Source: Sedimentisphaerales bacterium
GTDB taxonomy: Bacteria; Planctomycetota; Phycisphaerae; Sedimentisphaerales; Anaerobacaceae
Length of the DNA stretch: 64,000 nucleotides
Direction of reading: 5' to 3'
Assembly (NCBI GenBank): GCA_040772485.1
Contig: JAXGYC010000007.1
Span: 64,001-128,000, forward strand
The notes under the pieces were generated by a model. The model saw only the letters and a list, made by a program, of their open reading frames with translations. It did no database searches and had not been told where the DNA came from. The translations under genes were made by a program, and so were the position numbers. Below, one piece after another: positions 28,101 to 38,887 of this stretch (positions are counted from its first letter, which is position 1; every line of letters begins with the position of its first letter).

Positions 28101-30209
28101 TCAGCGAGAATCACTGCTATCGTCTGACTTGCCTTCAAGGCAGTAAAGACACTCCGTGGTACGCACGAACAAATGGTCTCCTCCGGGAGCCATAGACGCA
28201 TACACCGATCCCTCCAGGTCGTTGGTGGCAAGCAACCGATATTTTCGGTCAACCGCCACCATGGTGGTGCGTCCGGCTTCATTCGTCAGAAGCACCTTGT
28301 CGCCTGCCGCGATCGCGGATGCGTAGAATCTGCCCTTCAGACGTTCGCTCCACTGCACCTGGCCCGTTTGAGCGTCCAGGCATATGACACTGCCGATTTC
28401 CGTCACGAGGAAGAGCAGCCCCTTGACGACGACTGGCGCGGAACTCTTCTCCCCCGCCACCGGCGTTGACCAGACAACCGGATCGCTGTCGGTGCCCAGT
28501 TTGGAGAGATCCAGGGCAATGAGGTTTGTTGCTCCCGTTATATACAGACGCTCGTCGTCGCAGACGGGGCTTGCCACGAGATGCTGCGCCTCATGGGTGA
28601 CAGGATAAGTCCACAATTCGGTCCCCGTTATCAAATCGTAGGCCCGGACGTCGAACCACCCATGGACAATGACCACCGGCTCGCCGGCGCAGAGTCGTAC
28701 CAACGGTGTGCTGTAGCCGTCGAACGATTTGTGCGATTTGCGCTCCTGTCGCCACAGGCGCCTGCCCGACAGAGCATCGTAGGCGGTGATGGACGATGGG
28801 ATTTGACTGGAGGTTTCTACGTCGCGGACCACGACCAGGACATTGTCCTTCAGCACGGGGGATGTCGCCACGCCAAATCGGCTGGCAGGCATCGCTTCGG
28901 CGTTCTTCCACAGGAGTTGGCCCGCAGTATCAACACACATCAGACCATCAGCGCCAAAGTAGGCATATATGCGCTGGCCATCCGTGACGGGTGTGGGCGT
29001 GGCATTCGTGACTGTCCGGCTTCGAGCGTGTGTCCGTCCCTCCAATCCCTCGCAGGTCCAAAGGATTCTGCCACCTTGCCGATCGAGGCAAACCACTGCC
29101 CGAACGAATTCCCTCCGGCCTTCGCCCAGCATGGCGTGGATGGCAAACAGGATTCCCATAGACAGGACGACTGCGGGGAAGGCTGTGTGCCGGCGAGATT
29201 GGTTGCGCCTATGGCAGGCGAACCTCCCGTAGCTGAAAACAGAGCCTGCAACGAGCAGCACGCAGCCCGCAGCGATCCACCCGTTGCTGATGTCGGCCGC
29301 AACACGATCGTTCCACACGTGGCGATCGGGCATCTGGTAGCCGGCCGCACGGTACAAGATCAGAAAACACAGAACCAGCGTGGTCATGTACCCGGCAGCA
29401 GCGGCGATCACATAGTACCACAAGACGACGCGATTGGGGCCGGACTCATTCTGGTTTGGCCATCCCACTGACGGTCTTGCACATCCAATGCGATGGGCCA
29501 CAAGAGCGACGGCTCCGAGAACAAGCGGCAGAAGGCACACCCCGGTGGCCACGACCCCTTGCATGGAGCCAAGGGCAAACAGCAATTTCCGGTCCGGGAG
29601 AATGAGCAATGCTACGGCCGCAAGGACGAAGGAGAAGATGCCTGCGACGAATTGCTGCCGCGCTCGGACGGATGTGACCAGCGAGGTCAGAGTCAAACAC
29701 AACAGCACGACCAGGATGGAGAGCGCCCAGTCGCGCAGGTTCTCATCGTCTGGATTGAGCAGCCGTGGTCCGTAGAGAACGACAACGAGGATGCCGAGAA
29801 GGAGCAGGTGAAACAGGAAGAATCTGGCGCACTGCACCACGGCGTCTTTTCTACTCCGATTTGGATGCACCGTCCGCAGGGCGGCCCCGACCCCCATCAC
29901 ACCGCAGGACACCGCCAGAGCAAGAAGAGCATACGCCAGAGTGTTTCGCACGGACGAGTCAGAAACACGCGGATAACCGGTGGTCACATAGACAGCGTCG
30001 GCGGCGAGAATGGGCGACGAATGGCCACGCCCCGGGATGACGGTCTTCCAGGCCACGTTCTGCGACGGGGACCAAGTTAACGGCACGGTTGCCGCATCGC
30101 TGCGGCCGTCCTTCTCGAGTCCGCGAAATCCGCACCAGTCAGATGCGACGACGGGGCAGGCCGCCGCCGATGCGATAACCGCAATGAAGAACCTCGTCCA
30201 GATCACCAC
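28101..30209 (-). CDS. PQQ-like/BamB-type beta-propeller protein with an inserted multi-TM segment
   Basis: WCGFRG...WKTVIPGRGHSSP start, TPTPVTDG, ATSPV and SSAPVV blades; hydrophobic insert at aa ~88-360. Confidence 0.85.
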   Translation of the reverse strand: MVIWTRFFIAVIASAAACPVVASDWCGFRGLEKDGRSDAATVPLTWSPSQNVAWKTVIPGRGHSSPILAADAVYVTTGYPRVSDSSVRNTLAYALLALAVSCGVMGVGAALRTVHPNRSRKDAVVQCARFFLFHLLLLGILVVVLYGPRLLNPDDENLRDWALSILVVLLCLTLTSLVTSVRARQQFVAGIFSFVLAAVALLILPDRKLLFALGSMQGVVATGVCLLPLVLGAVALVAHRIGCARPSVGWPNQNESGPNRVVLWYYVIAAAAGYMTTLVLCFLILYRAAGYQMPDRHVWNDRVAADISNGWIAAGCVLLVAGSVFSYGRFACHRRNQSRRHTAFPAVVLSMGILFAIHAMLGEGRREFVRAVVCLDRQGGRILWTCEGLEGRTHARSRTVTNATPTPVTDGQRIYAYFGADGLMCVDTAGQLLWKNAEAMPASRFGVATSPVLKDNVLVVVRDVETSSQIPSSITAYDALSGRRLWRQERKSHKSFDGYSTPLVRLCAGEPVVIVHGWFDVRAYDLITGTELWTYPVTHEAQHLVASPVCDDERLYITGATNLIALDLSKLGTDSDPVVWSTPVAGEKSSAPVVVKGLLFLVTEIGSVICLDAQTGQVQWSERLKGRFYASAIAAGDKVLLTNEAGRTTMVAVDRKYRLLATNDLEGSVYASMAPGGDHLFVRTTECLYCLEGKSDDSSDSR

Positions 30210-30406
30210 ATGCCCCTGTCCAATCCGTCAACTGCCCCGAGTTGGATATGCCCGATAATGCACGGGTGCAAACCGGCTTCAATACCAGTCTATCGTCCTG
30301 GCAACGCCGGAGATTGAGCCTTTCTCCGATCCAATGGCTTGTCCCGGACCTGTGCGACCGCAATGGCAGCAGAAATCCCATTCACGTCCTAAAATCGTGG
30401 TGCAGG

Positions 30407-31160
30407 CTATTGCAACCCGATGACGCATCGCGAGCGAAGCGAATCCCCCTGTGGCGCTCCTGGCGATGCCGGCGTTCTCAGTAGCCCGCAATCAGCACAT
30501 CGTGAGTATCGTAAACGGTCGCCTAGACGCCGGCCTCGTCGCTTGAGGTCCGTCGATTTGTTGAAGGCCCTGGCGCGATTGATCGGCGCGGCGAAATCCA
30601 CCACCACTCGGTACATCGGGGAATCCTCGATGAGACCCGGCAGGATGTGGGGGTGGTTCTGCGCTGGTGTCGTCTGCCGGGGCGCCTTGTAGCCGAGTAG
30701 ACGAACGCGCAGCGTGCGGTTGGCCGGATCGTCGGTGACAACGGTCTGCACAGCGGTCGAGGTCATAATCCGCACTTGCGGAGTCGGATTCAGGAATCGG
30801 ACCGCATTGGCGAGCAACCGGCGAGCTTCAAAGATGTGATGCTCGCTGGCCGTGGCATAGTCCGGCGAGCAGGCGAAGGTCAGCACCTTGCCTTTGCCGA
30901 TCTCGTTCAAGAAAATGGCGGGGCCTATCAGCGCGTCAGCACTCATAGGCCAGTCGGTGCCTTCCTTGCCTTCGCGCTGGCGCGTGGTGCGGAGCGGCTC
31001 CAAGAGTCTGCCGGTCGGTTGGGCCGACGTGGCCCCCATCGCCGCAGCGGGTCCTTTGACAAGGAATGGCCATCGAGAGCAGAGGGTTGTCTGCAAGAAG
31101 CTGGTTCGGCAGAGTGATTGCCCCCATGCGTACGGCTACTCAACCTCCAGCGCTAAGACC
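30407..31160 (-). pseudogene. C-terminal fragment of a glycoside-hydrolase-associated protein
   Basis: GKGKVLTFACSPD...RRLLANAVRFL; no valid start, stop codon upstream, degraded 3' end. Confidence 0.5.
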
Positions 31161-31217
31161 ATGTGCTTCATCTTCCCCCTGCATGCTCCGATGATGGCAG
31201 ACAACGGTGCCGACAGT

Positions 31218-34025
31218 TCATTTGTAAGTCGTTTTACCCGAGGTGCTCAGGCGTCGCAACGCGATCGCTTCCAGATACTCCTCATCCTCGTTGGTCAGAA
31301 CGGCATCCACGACAATGGGCGCCTCCGGAACCAAGGCGATCCACTCGGCCATTTTGGCGGTATCACGGAAAGGATGCAGCGGCGCATGGGCGTCCCACAG
31401 CTTTCCGGCCAAGTCCACTTGCGGCGCCGCCAGCAGCCACAGTCCAAGCCATTCCTTAAGAACCTCAACCCCCTCCGGAGACTTCTCCATGCGAGACAGC
31501 AACGCCGTGCTGGCAGCCAGACGAAGATTGTCGGCGCCGACCTTCCCGATCAGGACATCCGCATCTCTCAGGGTCCACGGGGGCTTGCCGAAGGCCATCC
31601 GCAGATGCAGTGTAATGCCCAGCGCGCCGGCCTCTGTGGCCAAGCGGCGAAGTGTCTGCTCAAAACCTTCCTGCGTCTGTTCGCCCGTGAAGTTGTTTTC
31701 CGGATGGCGGTGCAGCGAAAGAATCAAGTCGTGTGCTCCGAGGATGTGCATCTTGGCCATGACATCGGCCAAGGCCGCCATGCTCTGGCGGTAGTCGGCC
31801 TCGATGTTGTCTACCAGGCGGAGTGTAGGATACAGATTCAGTCCGGAACCGGCATCCGCGATCACACGTAAGCCCTGCCGGTTGATCCAGCCCGCTTCCC
31901 GCTTCAGGCTCGTTCTCTCTCGATCGTGCAGGTAACGCCAGTCGAGGACGACGCCGTCGAAGTGCTCGAAGAATGTCGGGCGGGCCAGGATTTCCTCTTT
32001 GAGCGAACGGATGCCGCGCAGAGGAAGGAGCCTCCCGCGTGGCCGCGCGGGAGGCGGCTGATGCGCGATCGCCTCGACGTTCGATTCCTTCACTCGCACG
32101 CGGAAGATGCGGATGTCGCCGCCACGGATCGTGGTATCCGTATTGCGGCCCAGCGATGCGCCGGCCACACTCTCCGGCAGATGACCGGCTGCTCCCACCT
32201 CCGACTCGTCCAGAAACAATTCCTCCAGGGACTGAATCGGCCCGCAAAGCGACGTGATCTTGAATGGCAGCGTTGCCCACGTGTTGTTGGCGATGCCCAG
32301 CGTGTAGGCACCCGGCCCCTGGCGACAGATAATGACGCTCAGACCGGGATTGCCCACGTCGAAGAGGGCCTGCTGCCGAAGAATCGCATCCAGCATCCGG
32401 CGGGCCTCGGGCCGCAACTGATAAGGACGCGACAACGGACGGTCCACCTCGCTGCGCAGTGGTTGCGCGGGATCGGCGTCCATCCCGAACTCGGTGGCCA
32501 GGACCGTAACCGTGCCCTTGCCAAATTGCGTGACACCCCGCGCAGCATTTGCCGTCTGGCCGGCGATGCCGCCCGGCAGCCGGGCCAGGTTGCCCGTCGT
32601 AATCACGAGATGCCCGCCGCTTTCGACGTAGTCCTGGAACTTGTCCCGGATTTCCTGCCCTCCCGCCAGTTCGCCGGCAACCACGACGACGGCATAGCGG
32701 CGCAGCAGCCAGAGCGGCGCATCGCTCAAGAGACAGTCCGCGATGTCGCCATAGGGCGTCGGCGTGATGAAGCCGGTCTCATCGTGGAAGTAAGACGAAT
32801 CGGCATACCCGGGGTAAAGCAGATCAAGGACCGCGTCCGTCAGGTGGTCCCCCGGACCATAGGGGAGATTGCCCCACACGCGGAAGATGTCACCCGAATA
32901 CAGGTGACGGGGGAAGGACCAGCCGGCGTGGAAGTCCAGCAGCAAGGCCACCGGTGTGTACATGACGCCGGGCTGACCGTTCTGCCTGACCCAGCGCTGG
33001 CCGGCCTGCTGGATGCGACCGATCGGCGAGAGCGACTCGCCCTCAAACCACCCGCTCTCGAATCCGACCGCGACGCTGTTGTAGAGGATGTGGCTGTAGA
33101 GCAGGCGCTTCATCAGGCTCAGACTCGTGCCCTTCGTGGGACCGTGGGTGTCTCCACCGCTGCCGCCCGAAGAGCCGTAGGTCTTGTACCCCCAACGATT
33201 GTAGACCGAGGCGTTGCCGAACCAGGGCACGCCGTACTGCTTGCCCGCGCCGCGGATGAAGGCGTAGTAAACCTGATTGTTGGGCAGGGCCTGGGCCGTC
33301 TCGGCGCCAATCAGCGTGAACGTGCCCTCCTTGAGCAGATAGTGGCCGAAGTTCAGCGAGACCAACGTGGCGTGACGGTGCCCCAGATCGTCGCCCATCC
33401 GCTCGAAGAAACGCTGGAAGTTGAGGTACTGCTCGAACCGGCTTCCCGAGGCGGGCGTCATCTGATTCGCGTAGCCGCCGATGTACCTGCCGTCCTGCTC
33501 GCCGATGTCCGTTCCCAGCCACCGCTCGCCAAGCGTAGTCTCAAGCATTCTCAGTGCGTCGGCCGAGGGCGTGAACTGCTGCCAGTAGCCGCCCGGCCCG
33601 GACCCCGGCACATAACCCCAGATATCGAACAGGTACAGGTCCCGCTGCTTGATCTCCTCGGCCAGATCGTCCAGATTTTGCGCAAACAGAATCGGGTAGG
33701 ATGGCCAGATGACGTCCCCGAGTTCGTACGTGCGTGTGTACTTCTCGATTTCTTCCCTGTAGCCAACAATCCGGTCGTCCTCGACCGCGAAGCCGCGTAG
33801 ACAGGTGAACTGCGTGCGGTTCCGGAAGGTCTCCCAGGTCGGCGGCTTGACCGCACGCCGGCCGTAGTCGGGGTGCTCGCGCGGATCGAGCAAGTAGCTA
33901 TAAACGTGGTGGGGTGGCTCGGATTGCTCCGCTGCCTGAGACTCCGTGCGAATCGGAAACACGAGCACGAGCAGGCTGCAAACGCCAAGAGGCATCAGCC
34001 GATTGAAATATGATGTGTTTACCAT
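31218..34025 (-). CDS. Secreted hypothetical protein, probable glycoside-hydrolase-like barrel plus C-terminal TIM barrel
   Basis: Signal peptide; GEQDGRY; TPVALLLDFHAGW; C-terminal sugar-isomerase-like barrel. Confidence 0.7.
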   Translation of the reverse strand: MVNTSYFNRLMPLGVCSLLVLVFPIRTESQAAEQSEPPHHVYSYLLDPREHPDYGRRAVKPPTWETFRNRTQFTCLRGFAVEDDRIVGYREEIEKYTRTYELGDVIWPSYPILFAQNLDDLAEEIKQRDLYLFDIWGYVPGSGPGGYWQQFTPSADALRMLETTLGERWLGTDIGEQDGRYIGGYANQMTPASGSRFEQYLNFQRFFERMGDDLGHRHATLVSLNFGHYLLKEGTFTLIGAETAQALPNNQVYYAFIRGAGKQYGVPWFGNASVYNRWGYKTYGSSGGSGGDTHGPTKGTSLSLMKRLLYSHILYNSVAVGFESGWFEGESLSPIGRIQQAGQRWVRQNGQPGVMYTPVALLLDFHAGWSFPRHLYSGDIFRVWGNLPYGPGDHLTDAVLDLLYPGYADSSYFHDETGFITPTPYGDIADCLLSDAPLWLLRRYAVVVVAGELAGGQEIRDKFQDYVESGGHLVITTGNLARLPGGIAGQTANAARGVTQFGKGTVTVLATEFGMDADPAQPLRSEVDRPLSRPYQLRPEARRMLDAILRQQALFDVGNPGLSVIICRQGPGAYTLGIANNTWATLPFKITSLCGPIQSLEELFLDESEVGAAGHLPESVAGASLGRNTDTTIRGGDIRIFRVRVKESNVEAIAHQPPPARPRGRLLPLRGIRSLKEEILARPTFFEHFDGVVLDWRYLHDRERTSLKREAGWINRQGLRVIADAGSGLNLYPTLRLVDNIEADYRQSMAALADVMAKMHILGAHDLILSLHRHPENNFTGEQTQEGFEQTLRRLATEAGALGITLHLRMAFGKPPWTLRDADVLIGKVGADNLRLAASTALLSRMEKSPEGVEVLKEWLGLWLLAAPQVDLAGKLWDAHAPLHPFRDTAKMAEWIALVPEAPIVVDAVLTNEDEEYLEAIALRRLSTSGKTTYK

Positions 34026-34076
34026 GGCGATCCTTCCCTTCTGATCGAAGCAGGGGCGAATGGTCTTTCGCCGCTA

Positions 34077-36455
34077 TCAGCGATCCTGCACGGCAAGTGT
34101 CTCTGCCTTGCCCATCGTCCGGAATTCGAGTTTCACCTCCGGCTGGTCCGCCGTCTGGAAGCGACATCCGAAGCGTATTGAATGTCGCCCCGGCCCAGCC
34201 TTCAGCGCGGAGGCATCCAGCGAGATCTTCTCGATCTCATTCCAGCTCTTGTCATAGACAACGCCCTGTCCCCCGCAGGCGTACTTCAATATGCTCCCGG
34301 CCGCAAGGGTCGCCGGAACAGAGATCTCACCGGCATTGTCGATCTCCAGGGTCACGTCGCCGACCGATGCGCCGCCCGACACCTGGAGGATGAATTGCAG
34401 CGGCTGTGCCTCATGCGGATTGCTCAACTCCCATGTGGCCTCGCTTGGCTGGCCGGGCTGCACCTGCTGTGCCAGCGTGTGCTTGGAGGAGTAGACCGGA
34501 TACAGGTTCCATGAATCGCTGCCCGACGCCTCAAGGTGGAACTCCTGACCGATATCCTGCAAACGCCGCCTCTGAGACTCAGAGAAGGCGCCGCTCATCC
34601 GCGCGGTCTCCCACGCGTTGATCGCCTGCAAGATCGTCTCGGTCAGCCCGTTCTCCCGGACGACCCCCAGGCTGGTGTTCAGAGTAAAGCCAGCGTCAAA
34701 ACCGGCCGCCCGGGCCAGAAGCCACTCGATGTCTTCCAGACTGGTCTGTCCCGTCATATTGAACCAGCCGAGCATGCACGGCATGAGGTTGCGGCGGAAG
34801 TAGTCCTGGTTCTTCAGACGGTATTCGGTCTGGCTCTCTCGAAAGCCGGCGTACCAGGGTTCGCCCCAGTTCATTCGCGTGTAGATGTGCCAGAAGTAAT
34901 GTCCCGGATTGCTCGCGTCCGTGATGACTCTGCCGCGAAGGTCGTCGCGAAGATGGTCGTACCAGGTTGCGACAAAGAGCGTCCGGCCATATTGCCCCAT
35001 GCCGGTCGACCAATTGCCCTCCAGGCCATCGAAGGAGATCTGCATCAATCCGGTCTGATTGAACAGATCGGCGATTCCGCGGGCCACCTCCTGCGACAGT
35101 TCGACATCGGTCAGAAAGACCTTGTAGGCATGGTCCATCAGTTTCGCAACCGCAGCGCCCTTCGAGTGTGCCGCGGCCTGCGTCTGATAGACGCCACGGC
35201 GGCAACCGAGCAGACGCCAAGGCGCCTGTTCGGAAACCGAGCCGTAACGGATCAGCTCCCGGCCGATCTGCACCGTCTTGAGGGTGTTGTTCTCCATCTG
35301 GCTGAACCATCTCGGGTCGGCGATCCGGATCTCCGTCTGGACGTCATCGATATCGTCCGTCAGGACGCTGCTGCCGACCTTCGCCAGACGGTCGTCGGGC
35401 ACCGGCGTGACGTACGGATCGTTGGTGGTGATGAAATTGGATAGCGTGTGTACGCCCAGATGGACGCCTTCGGCTTTGGCCTTCTCCACACAATCCTTCA
35501 TGCCGACCCAGCCGTGAGGGAATTGATTCGGATAGAGCTGAAAATGCCCCCAAGTGGCAAACGGTCCTCCGTGATACAGGTACTTCAGGCCGGCCCGCCT
35601 GGTGATCGCGATCGCCTGGTCGATCGTGTCCTCGCCGAAACCCACGATCAGATAGGACGCCGTCGCCGCGGGAGCGACTTTTCCCCACAGGCCGTCGATC
35701 ATGGGATGGGGCAGCCCTTCGGCGATCTCGATTGCGCCGATGGTCTCCAGCGCCTCGTCGGCGGGACAGCCGAACAGAGCGATCCTGCTTCCGACTACAC
35801 CGCCGTCGTCATAGCCGGGAACGAAGTAGTGCTCATGGCCCCAGTTGGAGATAACCCGGTCCTGGCTACGGTCGCGCGTGAAGGCCTGGAGCACACTGCC
35901 GAACTCCGTCGCCTGTGCCGTGTCGCCGCGTCCGGCCATCACGTCGTTCTCGGCCGTCGGATAGCCTCCGAGCGTCTTGAGATTCAGCGTCTGGATGCCC
36001 AGGGCAAAACTACCGTTGCGCACCACCCCCACCGTCTCCCCGATGGTCTCTCCGATTCGCGTGGGGTAGGGTCCCCAGACGACCAGCTCGACTCGTTCCC
36101 TGGAATCGATGGACACAACCTCGAAAGTGACATGGGTCGTCTTCGTCGCAGTCTTCACCACCGCCGTGAGACCCTGCGAGTAGTGCAGGGTCAGCGTGCC
36201 CTGGCCCTTGTCACAGTGCATGGTTTCCGGAACCTGAAACCGCCCGGCAACGCGAATGCTCAGCAGCGGCGTTGGTTGTTGCGCAGCCCCGTAGTCCACA
36301 CCGCTGCGGCGGTCGAGCAGGCTTCGGACAGTTCCTGTGTCATCGATCCGAATCGACAGACTCGCCGTTTCGAACAGAACCTCAGCACCGGCAGGCACAG
36401 CCAGGGCAAGCAACGACAGCAGACCGGCGAAGATTCGCTTTCGTTCAACCGACAT
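34077..36455 (-). CDS. Secreted hypothetical protein, probable glycoside hydrolase
   Basis: Signal peptide; GVHTLSNFI, ISFDGLEG; GGAGG RBS. Confidence 0.7.
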   Translation of the reverse strand: MSVERKRIFAGLLSLLALAVPAGAEVLFETASLSIRIDDTGTVRSLLDRRSGVDYGAAQQPTPLLSIRVAGRFQVPETMHCDKGQGTLTLHYSQGLTAVVKTATKTTHVTFEVVSIDSRERVELVVWGPYPTRIGETIGETVGVVRNGSFALGIQTLNLKTLGGYPTAENDVMAGRGDTAQATEFGSVLQAFTRDRSQDRVISNWGHEHYFVPGYDDGGVVGSRIALFGCPADEALETIGAIEIAEGLPHPMIDGLWGKVAPAATASYLIVGFGEDTIDQAIAITRRAGLKYLYHGGPFATWGHFQLYPNQFPHGWVGMKDCVEKAKAEGVHLGVHTLSNFITTNDPYVTPVPDDRLAKVGSSVLTDDIDDVQTEIRIADPRWFSQMENNTLKTVQIGRELIRYGSVSEQAPWRLLGCRRGVYQTQAAAHSKGAAVAKLMDHAYKVFLTDVELSQEVARGIADLFNQTGLMQISFDGLEGNWSTGMGQYGRTLFVATWYDHLRDDLRGRVITDASNPGHYFWHIYTRMNWGEPWYAGFRESQTEYRLKNQDYFRRNLMPCMLGWFNMTGQTSLEDIEWLLARAAGFDAGFTLNTSLGVVRENGLTETILQAINAWETARMSGAFSESQRRRLQDIGQEFHLEASGSDSWNLYPVYSSKHTLAQQVQPGQPSEATWELSNPHEAQPLQFILQVSGGASVGDVTLEIDNAGEISVPATLAAGSILKYACGGQGVVYDKSWNEIEKISLDASALKAGPGRHSIRFGCRFQTADQPEVKLEFRTMGKAETLAVQDR

Positions 36456-36694
36456 CGCATTTCTTCCTCCCAAAGCAGGTTCAGATAACGGCAAGCAGGC
36501 TCGCCTTCGTCATGGTGCTCTCCTCAATCCTTCCCATTGAACCACCCAGCTCCCATCATCCGGGAAGCCAGGGTGTACGTGCGCAGGCGGAATCGCAGGA
36601 CAGCGTACACAAGACTGGAGTCCCTGCCATCCTGCAATTGTAGTATAGGAATGCCGTGGGCTCAACCACACGGGCGGACGCCACCGTCCGGCGT

Positions 36695-37413
36695 TTAGAC
36701 TCTATCTCTATGCACCACGAGGGTGTACTTGCCCCCTCGACTTCGCTCAACAGCCACCGCCGCAGCCCACGGGCAGTAGTTGTGCAAGGATAGCACCCAT
36801 AGCTGCCCACCGCAGTTCCGGGACAGCCAACATGCAGGCCCTACGCTCCAGGAGAGGACCTGCGCCGTCAGACCCGTTCCGTGAGCTTTTGAAAGCGATT
36901 CCTTACGCGTCCATATCTCCGCAAGAGCCACAGACCGCTGCGGTGAGGGCAGATGCCGGATACAAGTCCTTTCCTCAGGGGTCAGGAACCGCTCCGCAAC
37001 CCTGGGCCACGCGGCAGCCGGCAGTGCAACCTCCAGATCCACCCGACATCACAGCCGGTCGCGACGCCCGGCAATGCCAAGTTTCCGCAGCGAGACACGT
37101 TGAAACGCAGATCGGCGTGACCTGTCCCGGCACAAATGCGGGGCTTACCATAGGAATCTGCAACCACAGGCACATCCCGTGGCGCGAGCCCCAGGCAGGA
37201 ACCAAGTATCGACCGGCACCAGGCTCTGCCCGCGATGAAGCGCCGGCGGTGTTCCGTGAAGACCAGTCGATCGGCTCGGGATCGTTCGGAGGCCGAAAAG
37301 ACGCCGACATCAGGCGGCAACTGATCCAGGTCCCCACTCCAGAGGTGGACTTCCCCCTCGGGCGGCACTTGGGGACGCACCCCGGATGATCGCACCGCGA
37401 TCGTGTAGATCAT
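36695..37413 (-). pseudogene. Sfp-type 4'-phosphopantetheinyl transferase, frameshifted
   Basis: YGKP, FNVS, G/VDLE split by a 1-nt deletion near 37043, WTRKES..KAHGTGL. Confidence 0.85.
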
Positions 37414-37850
37414 GGCGGACCTTCGGCTTCTGCGGCATCAAGGCACAACTGCAACTGCCTGGCCACCTCGGTCACCGCAGGTGGCAAGAGCATATCGAGA
37501 CGATTCCCCGGAATCATCACAGTGCGTGCTTCCCGTGCATGACGAGCCATCCTGAGGTGCAAGTCCTCTCCTGGAAATCGCCTTTCTGTGGCCATGAAGA
37601 GCGTCAGTGCTCCAGGGTAGAAACCGGGCCGATATGCACGTCGTGCAAGAGCATGCATATGGCCAACGAAAGACCGGTACGTCGGCAGCCACCGGGCGCT
37701 GCGGCCAAGACCCACGCTGCGGATGACCGACCATCGCAGGATGCGGAACGCCTCTCGCACCGGAGAAACCATCCATTCCGTCCAGCGAAGCCACCGCCCC
37801 GTGCGCGTCGGGTAGTCCGATTCGAGCAGGGCCACCAAGGCCACAGGGCA
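37410..37850 (-). pseudogene. C-terminal fragment of an NRPS/PKS thioesterase domain
   Basis: VALVALLES, YRPGFYPGALTLF, IPGNRLDML (catalytic His apparently lost); no N-half. Confidence 0.65.
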
Positions 37851-38470
37851 CTGATCCCCGGCACGCCGCCGTCCTTGAGAATCACGTGCATCTTTCCCCG
37901 GCGGCCGGCGGCCGCCCTGGCGGGCACGGCAATCAGCCGACGCACTTGGGATTCACTGTAGCTGAACGAGTGTTCCACCATCCGTCCTTCAGAAGTGGCC
38001 CGTTCGCGCCATTGCCCCTGATACACGCCGCCAATGTTATCCCGCACGAAGAGCATATCCGTGTTGTGAATATGCCTGTCTGCAATGCGTCCGACCCGGA
38101 CGAGTTCGGGCCACGGCTGAATCGGAACAAACTTGCAGAACAAATCGAACTGCCGACGGAGATCGTACACGTATCGACCACCACCGGGCCCGCTGACGAT
38201 AGCGCCCTTGTGGCCGAAGATCTCCCGGCAGAAGGCTGCCGCAGGCTCCGGAAACGGCCGTCAGAAGCGTGCCTCCGCATCCTCACCGATAGGTCCCCCC
38301 CACACCGAACATCAAATCGGACGCCGATGATCTGTTCGATCGTCTTCAAGACAGCCAAAGCCGCACTGACGATCTGTGGTCCAACACCTGTCCCCTCGAG
38401 GACACCCACAGGACAAGCGCTTGGACTCTCACGAAAAGAGTCTGCTCCGTTGCTGTTCAGGAAATCCATG
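37850..38470 (-). pseudogene. Isocitrate/isopropylmalate dehydrogenase family, frameshifted and truncated
   Basis: VGVLEGTGVGPQIV and YDLRRQFDLFCK...FVRDNIGGVY...HVILKDGG in different frames. Confidence 0.75.
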
Positions 38471-38783
38471 AGCCTTCGAGTTGCCCCGCTTCGTCGTGCG
38501 ATACCATCCATCTTCAACCATCTCCTGTTGACCCACGCCATTCCCGTCATCTCTGACTACTGGATCTGCGGCAGGACAATGCATATTCTGCCCTGAATCC
38601 GATGAAGGACAAGGCCATACCGCCAAGGAAGCGGGGCGAACACGAAGTCGTCCAGAAGGGTCAGGGGGCAGGCATCCGCGATCCTGCTGCCACGCATCCT
38701 CAGCCGTCACGGGCCTGAGGTCCTGAAGGCGGTAGGAAGCCGGCGATGCCGCTCTCGGAATGATGTGTCGCTTCTTACGCGGC

Positions 38784-38885
38784 TCACTCCGGCCGCTTGA
38801 CGCCCGTGGCCCTCATTCGTGACACCAGTGTGGCGGCATTCACACCGAGAAGTTCAGCCGCGCCGCCGGTGCTAACCCGATCAGA
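38784..38885 (-). pseudogene. Fis-type HTH remnant of a sigma54-dependent regulator
   Basis: RVSTGGAAELLGVNAATLVSRMRATGVKRP. Confidence 0.6.
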
Positions 38886-38887
38886 TG

